Below are positions 1 through 10,759 of a stretch of DNA of 64,000 bases, one piece after another. Source of the stretch: an uncultured virus (IMG/VR IMGVR_UViG_3300010049_000003). Its lineage: Duplodnaviria > Heunggongvirae > Uroviricota > Caudoviricetes. Position numbers and translations under genes: made by a program. The stretch is from the IMG/VR virus record IMGVR_UViG_3300010049_000003. One strand, written 5' to 3'. Under the pieces are notes generated by a model that did no database searches, was not told where the DNA came from, and saw only the letters and a program-made list of their open reading frames with translations. Each line of letters begins with the position of its first letter. The first letter of the stretch is position 1.

Positions 1-108
1 ATTAATATCAAGGGAACTTTGGATGATCCCGCGCAGCTTCCGGAGGAGGGGCAGCCGGGAGATGTCTGGATGATCAATGGCGTAATGTGGGTTTGGAACT
101 CTACTAGT
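1..108. repeat. Terminal overlap of circular assembly (identical to 63893-64000)
   Basis: attaatatcaagggaac...ctctactagt occurs at both ends and the reading frame continues across the join. Confidence 0.95.
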
Positions 109-1365
109 AATGTCTGGCAGAATGCCGGATCCATCGAGGGCCCCGAAGGGCCGACCGGTCCGCAGGGCAATACGGGTCAAGCGGGTCCTCCGGGTCCTCC
201 CGGGCAAGCCGGGCAACCGGGACAACCGGGTCCTCAGGGACCAGCAGGAACGGGCGTAAATATTCTTGGTTCTCTCGATGACGTATCCCAGCTTCCCGAG
301 AACGGCGAGCCCGGGGATGCCTGGTTAATAGACGGCGAGCTTTATGTCTGGTCGGAGAATGCCGGGGGTTGGGAGCCGGTAGGCTCGATCCAAGGTCCGC
401 AGGGTCCGCCGGGGACACCGGGTGAACCGGGTCCGCCGGGAACAAACGGCGCGCCCGGGGGTATAGGTCCGGAAGGGCCTCAGGGTGATCCGGGGCCGAA
501 AGGCGATCCCGGTATCCCCGGGCCGGAGGGTCCCGCTGGTACGGGAGTTAATATCCTCGGTTCCCTGCCGAATACCAGTGCGTTACCGGGTACGGGTAAT
601 CCCGGAGATGCTTACCTTATTAACGGTGAGCTTTTTGTCTGGTCGTCTACTTCTCAAACCTGGGAAAACGTCGGTAGCATCCAGGGTCCTCCGGGTGCGA
701 CAGGTGCGGCGGCTACTGTTGCGGTAGGTCCGACTACAACCGGTGCAGCGGGCTCTAATGCAAATGTTACGAATACGGGTAATGCTAGCGCTGCAGTATT
801 TGCATTTACTATTCCGCGAGGTGCGCAAGGTGATCCGGGAGCACAGGGGAATCCGGGCACGCCAGGAGCGGCAGCTACCATTGCCGTAGGTACGACCTCA
901 ACAACTGCCGCAGGTACCAGTGCAACCGTTACGAATGCGGGAAATAATACTGCTGCGGTATTTAACTTTACGATTCCGCGTGGGGCGGATGGCGTAGCGG
1001 GTCCTGCGGGTACTCCCGGTGGTACAGGTCCTCCGGGTCCGGTCGTGCCGCTCTCCGGTCTTACCGACGTGACGGTTACTAACCCTGCGGCTCTTCAGGT
1101 GCTGCGCAGGAATACGGCGAATAACGGCTGGGAGAATGCCGCTCCGGCAGCCGTGCCGCAGAACCTACAGGATCTGACTAACGTTACGATTACTAACCCG
1201 ACGAACCTACAGTATCTCGGCTGGAACGGCACTACCGCTTGGATAAACCGGCAGCCGGCGCTTGCGGGTATGAGTGATGTTAATATAACGAGTCCGCAGA
1301 TAGGGCAGATCCTTGCCTGGGATGCTCCGAGTCAGAGATGGGTTAACCGCAATCCGCCTACGTGA
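1..1365 (+). CDS. Collagen-like tail/head fibre, 3' part (gene starts at 63131; ~708 aa total)
   Basis: G-X-Y runs alternating with repeated '[15 protein letters not shown](W/Y)LI.GEL.VW' units; C-terminal 'L.DV.IT.P..Q.L.W' repeats; in frame with 63131 ATG. Confidence 0.85.
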   Translation: MNIKGTLDDPAQLPEEGQPGDVWMINGVMWVWNSTSNVWQNAGSIEGPEGPTGPQGNTGQAGPPGPPGQAGQPGQPGPQGPAGTGVNILGSLDDVSQLPENGEPGDAWLIDGELYVWSENAGGWEPVGSIQGPQGPPGTPGEPGPPGTNGAPGGIGPEGPQGDPGPKGDPGIPGPEGPAGTGVNILGSLPNTSALPGTGNPGDAYLINGELFVWSSTSQTWENVGSIQGPPGATGAAATVAVGPTTTGAAGSNANVTNTGNASAAVFAFTIPRGAQGDPGAQGNPGTPGAAATIAVGTTSTTAAGTSATVTNAGNNTAAVFNFTIPRGADGVAGPAGTPGGTGPPGPVVPLSGLTDVTVTNPAALQVLRRNTANNGWENAAPAAVPQNLQDLTNVTITNPTNLQYLGWNGTTAWINRQPALAGMSDVNITSPQIGQILAWDAPSQRWVNRNPPT

Positions 1366-1368
1366 TTT

Positions 1369-2937
1369 ATGAACGACGGTGACGTGCTGCGTTGGAACGG
1401 CACCGTCTGGGTGCCTGGGCAGCTTGTGCGTGGTCCGTCTATCGTAACTAGAGCACTGCCCGATGCGATCATAAGCACACCGGAGTCTCCGCAGGACCCC
1501 TACGAATTTCAGGTAGTCGGGCAGAATGGCGTACCGTTTGCCGCTCCCCACTCGCTCTATACCTGGACCCCGGTAAGTCTTGCCGCCTACGGGCTTGCGA
1601 TGGGGGCTGATGGGATTATGCAGGGTACGCCGACTCAGGTAGCGACTAACCTAGCAGTACCGCTTAATATGGTAGATTCCGTCGGCATGGCGGCGCCGTC
1701 GATAGCGGGAACGCTTAATATTATTGCCCCCGTCCACGTTTCCGATACCCTGATATCTACGCTTGCGGGAGGTGCGGCACAGGTTCCTTCCTCCAGGCCG
1801 GGGACTAGTTGGGTAACAGGTTGGGGGAGCCTTCTCTGCGGCTCTCTCGGGGCTTACCCTGCAACAGCCTATCAGGACCACGTAACGTATTGGAATAGTC
1901 CTAACCCCTTTCCGGCGGGGCAGTACTCGCGGGCGGTCATTGCGCAGCTTGGCGCAAGCGATACCGCCGGGGGTTGGATGGGCGTTGCGGTACGCTGCGG
2001 CCCGACCGGGTATTATAAAGTTACCATCGGGCGCACCGTTTACCACATCGAGTATATGCGTGCTAGCGGTACTACCGCCAGCACTGCCTACGACTTAAGT
2101 CAAGGTCTTCAACCCTTCGCATTTGCAGTCGGGGACACTATCTTCTTTCAGGCAGTAGGACAGGTTCTTACTTTCAAGGTTATCCGTAATGGTAATGTTG
2201 TAGGTCCGTTGCCGGGTAATCAACCGTGGATTGCAGGTGATACGAACCTCTCGGGTGGGCAGCCGGGGATCTCCGGTTACGGTACATCTGCGGTGGCATC
2301 TGCGCCAATTATCAAGGATTGGGAAGGCGGGGCGGCTACGGCTACTGCGGCTGCGCCGCCGAGTGTAGGGCATGTTCCAATTGCTACTGATCCTTTCTAT
2401 ACAGCTCCGCTCGGTACTCTGGTCGGGCGTCCCGGTTGGACAGTAGAGACCGGTACGATTACGGTTGCTGCGAGTGGAACCTATAATAATACGGCGGGCC
2501 TGGGGCTTGCTTACTGGTCCGGTGCGGTTACTGCTTCCTGGACGCCGAATCAGTGGGTAGGCGGACGAGCGGCCCCGGTCGGTACGCCTACATCGGGCGG
2601 ACTGCTGCTGCGCTATACTCCCGGCAGCGGTAATGGTTACGGAGTTATCTTTAATCAGACTAACTGGACTCTTAACCGCTATGTTAATCGGGTAGCGAAT
2701 ATTATTGCTACCGGAACGGCTACTTCCGTAATCGGGCGTAACTTGCAGAATCAGGACTTCTGTCAATTAGAGGCTATGAATAATCAGCTTACTTTTAAGA
2801 TAAATGGCGTTACGGCAGGGACCTGGCCGGATAATACCTATTCTTCTGGTGTAGCGGGGTTCGTAGGATCGGGTACTGCGGCAGCGCCTACCGGCGTAAG
2901 CAGCTGGGCTGCGGGGCAATTGGTGGTAACGTCGTGA
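1369..2937 (+). CDS. Virion fibre/adhesin with Ig-like and two lectin-like beta-sandwich domains
   Basis: 522 aa, Gly/Thr/Ala/Trp-rich; 'FP..Q(Y/W)' domain shared with the two downstream genes. Confidence 0.7.
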   Translation: MNDGDVLRWNGTVWVPGQLVRGPSIVTRALPDAIISTPESPQDPYEFQVVGQNGVPFAAPHSLYTWTPVSLAAYGLAMGADGIMQGTPTQVATNLAVPLNMVDSVGMAAPSIAGTLNIIAPVHVSDTLISTLAGGAAQVPSSRPGTSWVTGWGSLLCGSLGAYPATAYQDHVTYWNSPNPFPAGQYSRAVIAQLGASDTAGGWMGVAVRCGPTGYYKVTIGRTVYHIEYMRASGTTASTAYDLSQGLQPFAFAVGDTIFFQAVGQVLTFKVIRNGNVVGPLPGNQPWIAGDTNLSGGQPGISGYGTSAVASAPIIKDWEGGAATATAAAPPSVGHVPIATDPFYTAPLGTLVGRPGWTVETGTITVAASGTYNNTAGLGLAYWSGAVTASWTPNQWVGGRAAPVGTPTSGGLLLRYTPGSGNGYGVIFNQTNWTLNRYVNRVANIIATGTATSVIGRNLQNQDFCQLEAMNNQLTFKINGVTAGTWPDNTYSSGVAGFVGSGTAAAPTGVSSWAAGQLVVTS

Positions 2938-5900
2938 CGATCCCGGGCCTTTTAACGGTTTACGATAAGCTGGTCGAGCCTGCGCCGGTAGAGCTTGCTC
3001 GGCATAACCCCGGCTGGAGCGTTGGTCTCGGGGGCTTTGCCGTAGATGGGTCGGGTATCCTCTGCCCTATCAATAGCTTCCGCAATATTGCCCGCATCGA
3101 GGCGGCTCCCTTCCCTCCTGATCAGTTTGCGGAGGTACGGGTAACGGCTCTGCCGATAGGGCCGGCTTATCTGGGTATCGGACCGTTAGTAAGGGGGTGG
3201 GGAAATAGCTGGTACGAGTTTCTACATGCTCTCGGCGCATTCCGTATTGCCTCGATGTACGGCAATACCGGCCAGAGCCTTTCTGGTGATATCCCCCGTA
3301 TTCTTGAGTTAGGGGATTTATTGCGGTTGGAGGTAAGAGGGGGCAAGCTAGTCGCGATCATTAATGGTAAGGAGGTATGGAGAGGCGAGAATTATGATAT
3401 AGGTGCTGGCTATCCCGGGATCTCGATGGAGGCTCCCGGTCGGTTAGCTGATTTCTCTGCCGGTTTCCTGTCGGCTGAGGAAGATATAATTGTTCTGATG
3501 TACGATGGGCAGTTCTGGACTCCGCAGGTCCTTATTCTACCCCTGAGAGTCTCTACTGTTGCAGTTCCCGACGGGCAGGTAGGGGTCTACTACGAATACC
3601 AGCTAGAAGCCCGGGGCGGTGTGCCTCCGTATACTTGGGATGACTCTCAAGCAAGCTTCGGGCTTCCATTTCCTCCTGGGATTTCTCTTGATTACTCTAC
3701 GGGGATTCTCTCGGGTACGCCGACGCAGGCGGGAAGTTTCGAGTTTGGTTTAGCCGTTACCGACTCGGTCGGTACGAATACCGCCCTAGTGGATGCTGTG
3801 GTATTCGTATCGATGGAGGTAGAATCTCCTCAGATCTGGGCTGAGCCTATTGGATTTGCTGTTAGCTCGGGGGCTCCTCTCGTTGGATTGCCCCCCTGGT
3901 GCGTTACGTTGCCATCACCGGGGACTGGGTATGGAAGCCCTTTTCCCGCTGGGGAACGGGTGCCTATTTCGGCAAGCAGGCGATCATTTATTTTCTATAC
4001 GCTTAATAATTTTCAAGTATTCGCATCGGCTATAGCTTTTCAGGGTACTCCACGTCTTAGCTATTTTATGAGTACTGGTGCGGGGGCTGGTAATCGACTG
4101 GTGCTTGAGGAGGGTTTGGCTGCTCCCGGTAAGTACCGGATCTGGATGGGTATTCAAGCCGGGAGTACGGGTGATAGAGTAGTCCGTGTTATCGACGGAG
4201 CGAGTAGAGTTATATTAACTATCCCGCTATGGCTGGGAAACCCAGGATGGGTATATGATAGCGAGGGTAATACTACTACTCTTTCTGATTGGCTATCTGC
4301 TAGTACTTATGGAGGAGTTCCTGTAGATATTGACCTCCAGGATGGTAGCAACTCGTTAGGGGGGCCGAGACTTTCTATTGAGATGCAGGTTCTTTCGGGC
4401 AATAACTCGGTACAGTTTAGTTATTTTGCTATTCAGTACTTAGAGCCTCCGCCTCCGCCTTTAACTATTGTTACTGACTCATTCCCCGATGCGATAGTTG
4501 GAGTCTACTACGAGTACCAGGTCCAGGTAAAGGGGGGCGAACCGCCTTATACCTTTACCGATCCGTTGGAATTCGGTTTTAGCTTAAGTGCGTTCGGCTT
4601 ATCTCTAAGCTCAACCGGGCTCTTAAGCGGTACGCCTACGCAGGTAGCTCTGTCTCCGGGAATCTGGATTCCATTAGAGGTTACTGATGCCGCGGGAACC
4701 GTGGCCGAACCTGAGGAGGGGCTATGGAGTATAACTCTTACGATTGATCCAGCGCTTTCGATAACCACGGCTTCCTTGCCGGATGCGCCGCGAAGTGCTC
4801 TGTACTCCTTTACGGTGCAGGCAGCGGGCGGTATTCCATCGGCTACGCCTACTTGGTCGTTAATCAATCCGCCGCCGGGATTGGTTATAGACTCCGCTAC
4901 CGGCGAGATTACCGGCAGACCCCGCAGCCTGCCGGGTACGGTAAATGTGGAGGTTGCGGTTAGTGCCGGAGGAGCTAACGCCTCTCGGGTACTGCCTCTG
5001 AATGTCTTGCCTGCCGTACCGTGGGCACAGCCGGTAGGATTTATTATCAGCAGCTCGGCGGTAAGCGCGGGTACGATTCCGGCTGATTGCGTGAATATTT
5101 TTGCTTCCGCGTCGTTCGCCTCGGTCCTGCAGACCGTGGCCTCTCAGGGCAATGCTCTGGGCTATGGGTTCCTGGGAACCGGCACGACAACTCAAGCAAA
5201 CGTCTCCGGTTCGGGCAACGTCCGCATATCGGGCCGTACGACTGCAACGGGCCGCACGATTGATCTGGTCCTTCCCGATCCGGGCAAGTACCGTTTCTGG
5301 TTCGGAAATCTGTCCTCCGGCAATACGACCTGGAGTTCGTCGGTGCCGATGACGATTTCCGACTCTACCGGGGTTATAGCGACCCAGAGCTTCCCCGCAA
5401 GCCAGGGCAATAACTCCGTGATCGATGCTTCGGGTGTAGTCAGAAGCAACGTTGCTGCCTGGATTACCGCCGGCGCGTACGGAGGTCAGTACGTCGAGTT
5501 CGATACGACGGATATGACCGAGACGAATGTCGGAGGTCAGATCTTTAACGGTCCCCGAGTTACCATCTCCTTCCCCGGCGGGTTGCGGGCAGGCTACTTT
5601 GCTGTTCAGTATGTCGCACCGCCGGTGCAGGGGTGGTCGGAGCCTTACGGTTTGATTCTATCCCAAAGTGCGGTAGCTAATATACCGGACTATTGCGTAA
5701 ACTGGGCAAATAGCCCCGTCTTCACGGTAGGTGGAGGAGCCGGGGGCGGTTTAAATATAGGACAGCAGAGTGGATTCTCTGCCGTAGCTCAACTTACAAA
5801 TAGTCTTGGTAGGATGTTAAGATGGCAAGCAAACCGGCAACCTGCCGCAAACTTTAATTTTACTATTACTACCGTATCCTCACCAGTAGACCCGCGTCTA

Positions 5901-6311
5901 TCAGCTTCGTTACGTACTGGAGGGGGGGCTTTCTATGCGGGTTTTGTGATCGCAAGTGGGTTAACGGAACCAGGAAGATACGAAATTTATATAGGTTCTA
6001 CACAGGTAGGGTCTATTGGGGTCACGGCGAATACTGTTATGGAGATTCGGGATGCTAATGGGGTTCTGCGTACGATTAATATGCCTGCACAGAATGGAGC
6101 ATTAAATGGTCGTGCTGTAGACGCTCAGGGAAATAATACTACGATAGCCGCATGGGCTGCTGCAAGTGCATATGGAGGCGTTCCGATTATCGTAGATTCT
6201 ACAGATACGAGTAGTGCGACGGGAGGACCGGTCTTTAGGTTCTTGATTACGAATGATAATTTCTTTAGCTATATTGCGATAAGGTATGCGGGGCCAACGC
6301 CTGGGAGTTAA
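2934..6311 (+). CDS. Large virion adhesin with putative Ig (He_PIG-like) domains and a three-fold internal repeat
   Basis: 'P...VG.YY.YQ....GG.PPY.W...G.LSGTPT' Ig motifs; three repeats starting W(A/S)(E/Q)P.G and containing YGG; GTGA overlap with upstream stop. Confidence 0.75.
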   Translation: MTIPGLLTVYDKLVEPAPVELARHNPGWSVGLGGFAVDGSGILCPINSFRNIARIEAAPFPPDQFAEVRVTALPIGPAYLGIGPLVRGWGNSWYEFLHALGAFRIASMYGNTGQSLSGDIPRILELGDLLRLEVRGGKLVAIINGKEVWRGENYDIGAGYPGISMEAPGRLADFSAGFLSAEEDIIVLMYDGQFWTPQVLILPLRVSTVAVPDGQVGVYYEYQLEARGGVPPYTWDDSQASFGLPFPPGISLDYSTGILSGTPTQAGSFEFGLAVTDSVGTNTALVDAVVFVSMEVESPQIWAEPIGFAVSSGAPLVGLPPWCVTLPSPGTGYGSPFPAGERVPISASRRSFIFYTLNNFQVFASAIAFQGTPRLSYFMSTGAGAGNRLVLEEGLAAPGKYRIWMGIQAGSTGDRVVRVIDGASRVILTIPLWLGNPGWVYDSEGNTTTLSDWLSASTYGGVPVDIDLQDGSNSLGGPRLSIEMQVLSGNNSVQFSYFAIQYLEPPPPPLTIVTDSFPDAIVGVYYEYQVQVKGGEPPYTFTDPLEFGFSLSAFGLSLSSTGLLSGTPTQVALSPGIWIPLEVTDAAGTVAEPEEGLWSITLTIDPALSITTASLPDAPRSALYSFTVQAAGGIPSATPTWSLINPPPGLVIDSATGEITGRPRSLPGTVNVEVAVSAGGANASRVLPLNVLPAVPWAQPVGFIISSSAVSAGTIPADCVNIFASASFASVLQTVASQGNALGYGFLGTGTTTQANVSGSGNVRISGRTTATGRTIDLVLPDPGKYRFWFGNLSSGNTTWSSSVPMTISDSTGVIATQSFPASQGNNSVIDASGVVRSNVAAWITAGAYGGQYVEFDTTDMTETNVGGQIFNGPRVTISFPGGLRAGYFAVQYVAPPVQGWSEPYGLILSQSAVANIPDYCVNWANSPVFTVGGGAGGGLNIGQQSGFSAVAQLTNSLGRMLRWQANRQPAANFNFTITTVSSPVDPRLSASLRTGGGAFYAGFVIASGLTEPGRYEIYIGSTQVGSIGVTANTVMEIRDANGVLRTINMPAQNGALNGRAVDAQGNNTTIAAWAAASAYGGVPIIVDSTDTSSATGGPVFRFLITNDNFFSYIAIRYAGPTPGS

Positions 6312-6315
6312 TTAG

Positions 6316-9300
6316 ATGACTATTCTATATGAGACGACTACGCAGGCCGGAGGCGGCGGGGGCAATGGTGGTGGCGGGGGCAATGGCGGGGGGCCTACTC
6401 CTCCACCGACGCCGCCTGGTATAACGGTCACTACCACCTTCCTGCCGCCCGCTACGGTCGGGGCGCTCTATAACTTCCAGCTAACTTCTGCTGGAGGGGC
6501 GCAGCCGGCTACCTTTATCGTAGCGGGCCTGCCGCAGGGGCTTAATGCTAGTGCCGCAGGGTTGATAACCGGCGATCCGGCGGCTATCGACCAGACGGCG
6601 GTAAGTATGATAAACGTTACCGCAGTCGATGCTAATCAGGTATTCTCCAATGCGGTATCGCTTAACCTTACCGTGCGGCCTGATCCGCCTGGCCCGGTAG
6701 GCTCGCAACTTATTACCAGTCCGCTCGCTACCGATACCGCTGCGCGCGTATCCCTGGCGAGTTACTCCCCCGATTGGACCCTCGTTACCGGCCTGCTGCT
6801 GGTAAACGATACGGGCGTAGCGAGCAACGCCGGTGGCGTAGCGGGCAGGCCCGGCACGGCGCAGTCGCTTGCCTACTGGAATGCCGACCTCTTCCCTGCT
6901 AATCAGTGGTGCCAGGGAATCCTCGGCTCATTGCCGGGGGGGTTATATGGTGGCTGGATAGGGCTTGCGCTGCGGGTCAGTACCTCCGGCAATACCACTA
7001 CCTGGTACGAGGCAGCCGTACGGACCGGCTTTTACCACGTGCAGCGTATGTCGTTTACCGCCGGCGTGTTAACCGCTACCGCCGATCTCTCAGGGGGACA
7101 ACGGGCCTACGTCTTCCGGGGCGGCGATGCGATCTACTTCCAGGCAAACGGCACCTCCTTGGCGCTATTCGTAAACGGCACGCAGGTATGGACCGGTACG
7201 GATGCGACGCTTACCCACGGACAACCGGGTATTGCCGCCTACGGACTTTCGACCAGCTCACCGCCGGCAGCTTCGCTCTATAACTGGTCTGCTGCCGAGA
7301 TGGGAGTTGCCCCGGAGCTTGAGTTTCGGACTAACGTCCTGCCGCCGGCGATCATCGGCAGAGCCTATGCCGATACGCTGGTAGCCTTCGGCGGCGTCAA
7401 GCCGTATTCGTTTAGCATGTTTAACGACCCGCTCTGGCTAAGCCTGATTACCGCTACCGGGGCGCTTTCCGGTATGCCGGTCGCACCCCCGGGCGATGCG
7501 GAAGTGACCTTTATAGTCACCGATGCGGCGGGGAACAATGCGCCTATTACGATAGATCTGACGACCGAGTATCCGCCTCTGATGCTTACCGGCTCTACGC
7601 TGCCGGCGGCGACGGTCGGGCTTGCCTATACCGCCCCGCTGACGGCTTCCGGCGGCGACGGAACCTACGTGTTTACTGCTACTGGCCTGCCGGCGGGGCT
7701 CTTTATCAGCGGCAGTAACATAGTCGGCACGCCGACGGTGGAAGTTACCGCCATGCCGGTGATAACCGTTGCTTCGGCGGGGAAGACCGCTTCGGCTACG
7801 CGGCAGCTCGTCGTGCATCCGTCAACGATCACCGGCATAGTGCCAAATCAGATGGCAGGAGGCTTGCAGCTCCTCGCTAATGATCATATCTACAATACCC
7901 CAATCGAGGCGCTGCCGGTGCATCCGCAGAACGCTTATATTATGGGTAAGCCGGTAGCGATGGGAGGCAGTGCGGATAGCATCATCGGTTACGAGTCCCT
8001 GTACGGTCCGCATGCGGTCCATACGACCGTAGATTATCCCTTGACTATCATCAAGGGGGATACGACGACCTTCCCGAAGGTGACGATGAACTTCCTCTAT
8101 ACGCCCGGCGGTAACGGAGCGGACTTCCAGTTTAATTCCGGGACACTGTCTGCGAATCCCTATCAGGGGCAACCGGCGAACTACATCGAGAACGGCAATT
8201 ACTCGGTGGGTGCTCCGGTGCTCGACCGTAAGTGGCAGACTATCTCCTTCGAGGAAGCGACGCTTAATGAATTCTATGACGCCTTCCCCCGGGGCCGGGG
8301 CCAGCAGTACTTCCCGGGTGCCGCGAACTGGGCGACGGAGACTAATGCTGCGAATATGAATGCTATCTCCGGAATGATTACTCCGACCTTCCCGGGCTAT
8401 GACCTGCGCGGCAAGTACGGGGTCACCAGCCCGGGGTTGCTTACCAACGGTTCGCCGTCCAGTGCGGTATGGGTAACGCCTATAATGATCCGTCCGGACG
8501 AGATGCGGAAGGGTAAGATTAACCATGCGGGGGGCATCGGCCTCGATGTCTACGGGCAGATAGCGGGGCACTCAAATACGACCGTAGGGCCGTACCTCTG
8601 GCCTGCCGGGAATACCAATTACGCCGGTGGGGGATCGGCCCCTTACGGCACCTGGTTGCGGCTAAAGGCCGGGAATACCATAACCCTGCAGGCAGGCACG
8701 CACGGCACCGATCCGGGCGGCACGGTAGTTCAGATCTCCTCCTTGCCGACCTATACGCAGGTTCTTATTCGCCAGATGCAGGAGTATGGCTTTATAGTCA
8801 TAGACGGCACCTCGGGTGGCGATATCGGTAGCCTGCGTTATAACATCGAGTGCGGCTTGGACCCGGATATCGCCAAGGGCTTTGCTGCCCTGCCGAAGAT
8901 TGCCTGGAGCGAGTTCGAGGCAGTCGATGTTTCCTCCCTCCACAATAGCGCTGAGCCGTGGAGCGGCCAGTGCGTGGCAACTAACGGGCACGTAACGATC
9001 CCGGCCCCGCAGGTCGCTCCGGCTGTCGCTATCGGCATAGCCGATCCGATTATAAATATCGCACAGGGGGAATCGATACAGCTCGAAGCTCTGGTAAGCG
9101 GTACGACCGATACCTCGGTGACCTGGAGGTTCTGGACCTCGATTGCCGCCGATATCGTCAATACACCGCTCGGTACGCTTACCGCTGCGGGTCTCTATAC
9201 CGCGCCGGCAGGGGCGACTGGTAGGGTGATAGTCGAGGTGGTCTCGAACGCCAACCCGGCGGTAAAGACCACGATGCAGATAACGGTCTTTCAGCTCTCC

Positions 9301-9831
9301 GGCGGCAATGCTCTGCGGATGGTCTTCGGCAGCTCTCCCTATCGAACATTGCCCTATATCGATACCGGGGGAAATACCTGGTACGGTGAGCAGTTCCTCG
9401 GACGCAGCGGGCCGGGCTATACGACCGATGTCGGCGGTCCCTCTACCACATTTGTCGGTGTAGCGAACCGCGAGCTGTACTTTGCCTGCCGTACGGTCGG
9501 GGACCTGTTCTATAAGTTCTATATGAAGCCTAGCACGCAGTATACGATCACGCTATACTTCGCCTATGGCGGGGCGAACGTGCCGCCCGCGCAGCAGCTT
9601 ATCGAGGTAGGCGATGAGCTGGTAGAAGGGGTTATTACTAATGGAGTAGCGAGCGGCTATATGAACATGGTAGGCATGGCAGCCTATACCCCTGTAACCC
9701 GTACCTATACCTTCACCACGGACGCAACCGGCCTGGTGCAGGTAGGGCTGCGGGTATTCGCTATCGGTGCTCTCTCGAACGGGACCCCGTCCCGTACCCT
9801 TATTAACGCAATGTCGGTGGTGCCAACATGA
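6316..9831 (+). CDS. Large virion adhesin: putative Ig repeats, lectin-like domain, Big2-like Ig and malectin-like C-terminus
   Basis: 1171 aa; 'LP.A.VG.AY...L.A.GG..Y.F...GLP.GL' repeats; 'VSGTTDTSVTW...GLYTAP'; 'YIDTGGNTW...Y.ITLYFA'. Confidence 0.75.
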   Translation: MTILYETTTQAGGGGGNGGGGGNGGGPTPPPTPPGITVTTTFLPPATVGALYNFQLTSAGGAQPATFIVAGLPQGLNASAAGLITGDPAAIDQTAVSMINVTAVDANQVFSNAVSLNLTVRPDPPGPVGSQLITSPLATDTAARVSLASYSPDWTLVTGLLLVNDTGVASNAGGVAGRPGTAQSLAYWNADLFPANQWCQGILGSLPGGLYGGWIGLALRVSTSGNTTTWYEAAVRTGFYHVQRMSFTAGVLTATADLSGGQRAYVFRGGDAIYFQANGTSLALFVNGTQVWTGTDATLTHGQPGIAAYGLSTSSPPAASLYNWSAAEMGVAPELEFRTNVLPPAIIGRAYADTLVAFGGVKPYSFSMFNDPLWLSLITATGALSGMPVAPPGDAEVTFIVTDAAGNNAPITIDLTTEYPPLMLTGSTLPAATVGLAYTAPLTASGGDGTYVFTATGLPAGLFISGSNIVGTPTVEVTAMPVITVASAGKTASATRQLVVHPSTITGIVPNQMAGGLQLLANDHIYNTPIEALPVHPQNAYIMGKPVAMGGSADSIIGYESLYGPHAVHTTVDYPLTIIKGDTTTFPKVTMNFLYTPGGNGADFQFNSGTLSANPYQGQPANYIENGNYSVGAPVLDRKWQTISFEEATLNEFYDAFPRGRGQQYFPGAANWATETNAANMNAISGMITPTFPGYDLRGKYGVTSPGLLTNGSPSSAVWVTPIMIRPDEMRKGKINHAGGIGLDVYGQIAGHSNTTVGPYLWPAGNTNYAGGGSAPYGTWLRLKAGNTITLQAGTHGTDPGGTVVQISSLPTYTQVLIRQMQEYGFIVIDGTSGGDIGSLRYNIECGLDPDIAKGFAALPKIAWSEFEAVDVSSLHNSAEPWSGQCVATNGHVTIPAPQVAPAVAIGIADPIINIAQGESIQLEALVSGTTDTSVTWRFWTSIAADIVNTPLGTLTAAGLYTAPAGATGRVIVEVVSNANPAVKTTMQITVFQLSGGNALRMVFGSSPYRTLPYIDTGGNTWYGEQFLGRSGPGYTTDVGGPSTTFVGVANRELYFACRTVGDLFYKFYMKPSTQYTITLYFAYGGANVPPAQQLIEVGDELVEGVITNGVASGYMNMVGMAAYTPVTRTYTFTTDATGLVQVGLRVFAIGALSNGTPSRTLINAMSVVPT

Positions 9832-10010
9832 AATGCATAGTCGAACTCGATCACGTAAGATGGCAGCAGCTTCTCGGCCTGGCAACTACGGCGGCTAATG
9901 CCCTGATTAACGACGTGGGCCGGCAGATCGGTCAGCAGGTTAGGGACGAGCAGGAGCGAATCCGTAAGCAGCGAGCCGAAGGCCAGACGCCGAAAGAGGT
10001 TAATTCCTAA
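9828..10010 (+). CDS. Small hypothetical protein (possible fibre chaperone)
   Basis: ATGA and TAATG overlaps couple it to both neighbours. Confidence 0.6.
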   Translation: MKCIVELDHVRWQQLLGLATTAANALINDVGRQIGQQVRDEQERIRKQRAEGQTPKEVNS

Positions 10011-10759
10011 TGCCTACTTCGATGACATTTGATTCGCTGACTGCGGACATGCAGACATATTTGGAGCGTGGTACTTCCCTGGATGTACAGGTGGCGAACC
10101 AGATCCCGCGGTTGATAAACCTTGCGGAGCGGGCGATTGCCACTGCATTTAAGATCCAGGGCTTTCAGATGCCTGTGAATGCAATCCTGGTGAAAGGCAA
10201 GTCTGTATATCGAAAGCCGAATGGATGGCGGCAGACGGTTTCCATGAATTACGGGGTGTCCGAGCCCACAGTGCAGAACCTGGTAACTGAAGGGGGCACC
10301 ACCATCAGGACTGAGGGTGGTGATCCTATCCAGGTTCGTGTTACTAGCCCTGTCCAGAACAGGCGGCGATCGTTGTATGCCCGTTCCTATGAGTATTGCC
10401 GTCACTACTGGCCGGATTCGTCGATCATGGATGACACCCTGGAGCTACAGCCAAAATTTTATGCCGATTATGATTATAATCATTGGCTCATCGTGCCTAC
10501 TCCTGCCATTGGTTATCCATGGGAAATAAATTATTATGGGCAGCCGCCGTTGCTCGATGACGGGAACCAGACAAACTGGCTCACGGATTTTGCGCCAAAC
10601 CTGTTGTTGTACCGGGCCCTGCTTGAGGCTACGCCTTATTTGAAGAATGACGAGCGTATCCCGGTGTGGCAGCAGTTGTACCAGGAACAGTTACAGGGTA
10701 TTAATAAACAGGATGTGGAGAAACTGGTGGACCGTCAGACGCTGAGGGACAAGGCATGA
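10010..10759 (+). CDS. Putative tail adaptor / head-tail connector
   Basis: 'IPRLINLAERAIA', 'NQTNWLTDFAPNLLLYRALLEA' resemble podophage adaptor proteins; position in the tail cluster. Confidence 0.6.
   Translation: MPTSMTFDSLTADMQTYLERGTSLDVQVANQIPRLINLAERAIATAFKIQGFQMPVNAILVKGKSVYRKPNGWRQTVSMNYGVSEPTVQNLVTEGGTTIRTEGGDPIQVRVTSPVQNRRRSLYARSYEYCRHYWPDSSIMDDTLELQPKFYADYDYNHWLIVPTPAIGYPWEINYYGQPPLLDDGNQTNWLTDFAPNLLLYRALLEATPYLKNDERIPVWQQLYQEQLQGINKQDVEKLVDRQTLRDKA

Noticed and set aside
1..9831. Diversity-generating retroelement acting on the fibres
   Set aside because: No reverse transcriptase and no near-identical template/variable repeat pair seen; repeats are diverged protein-level duplications
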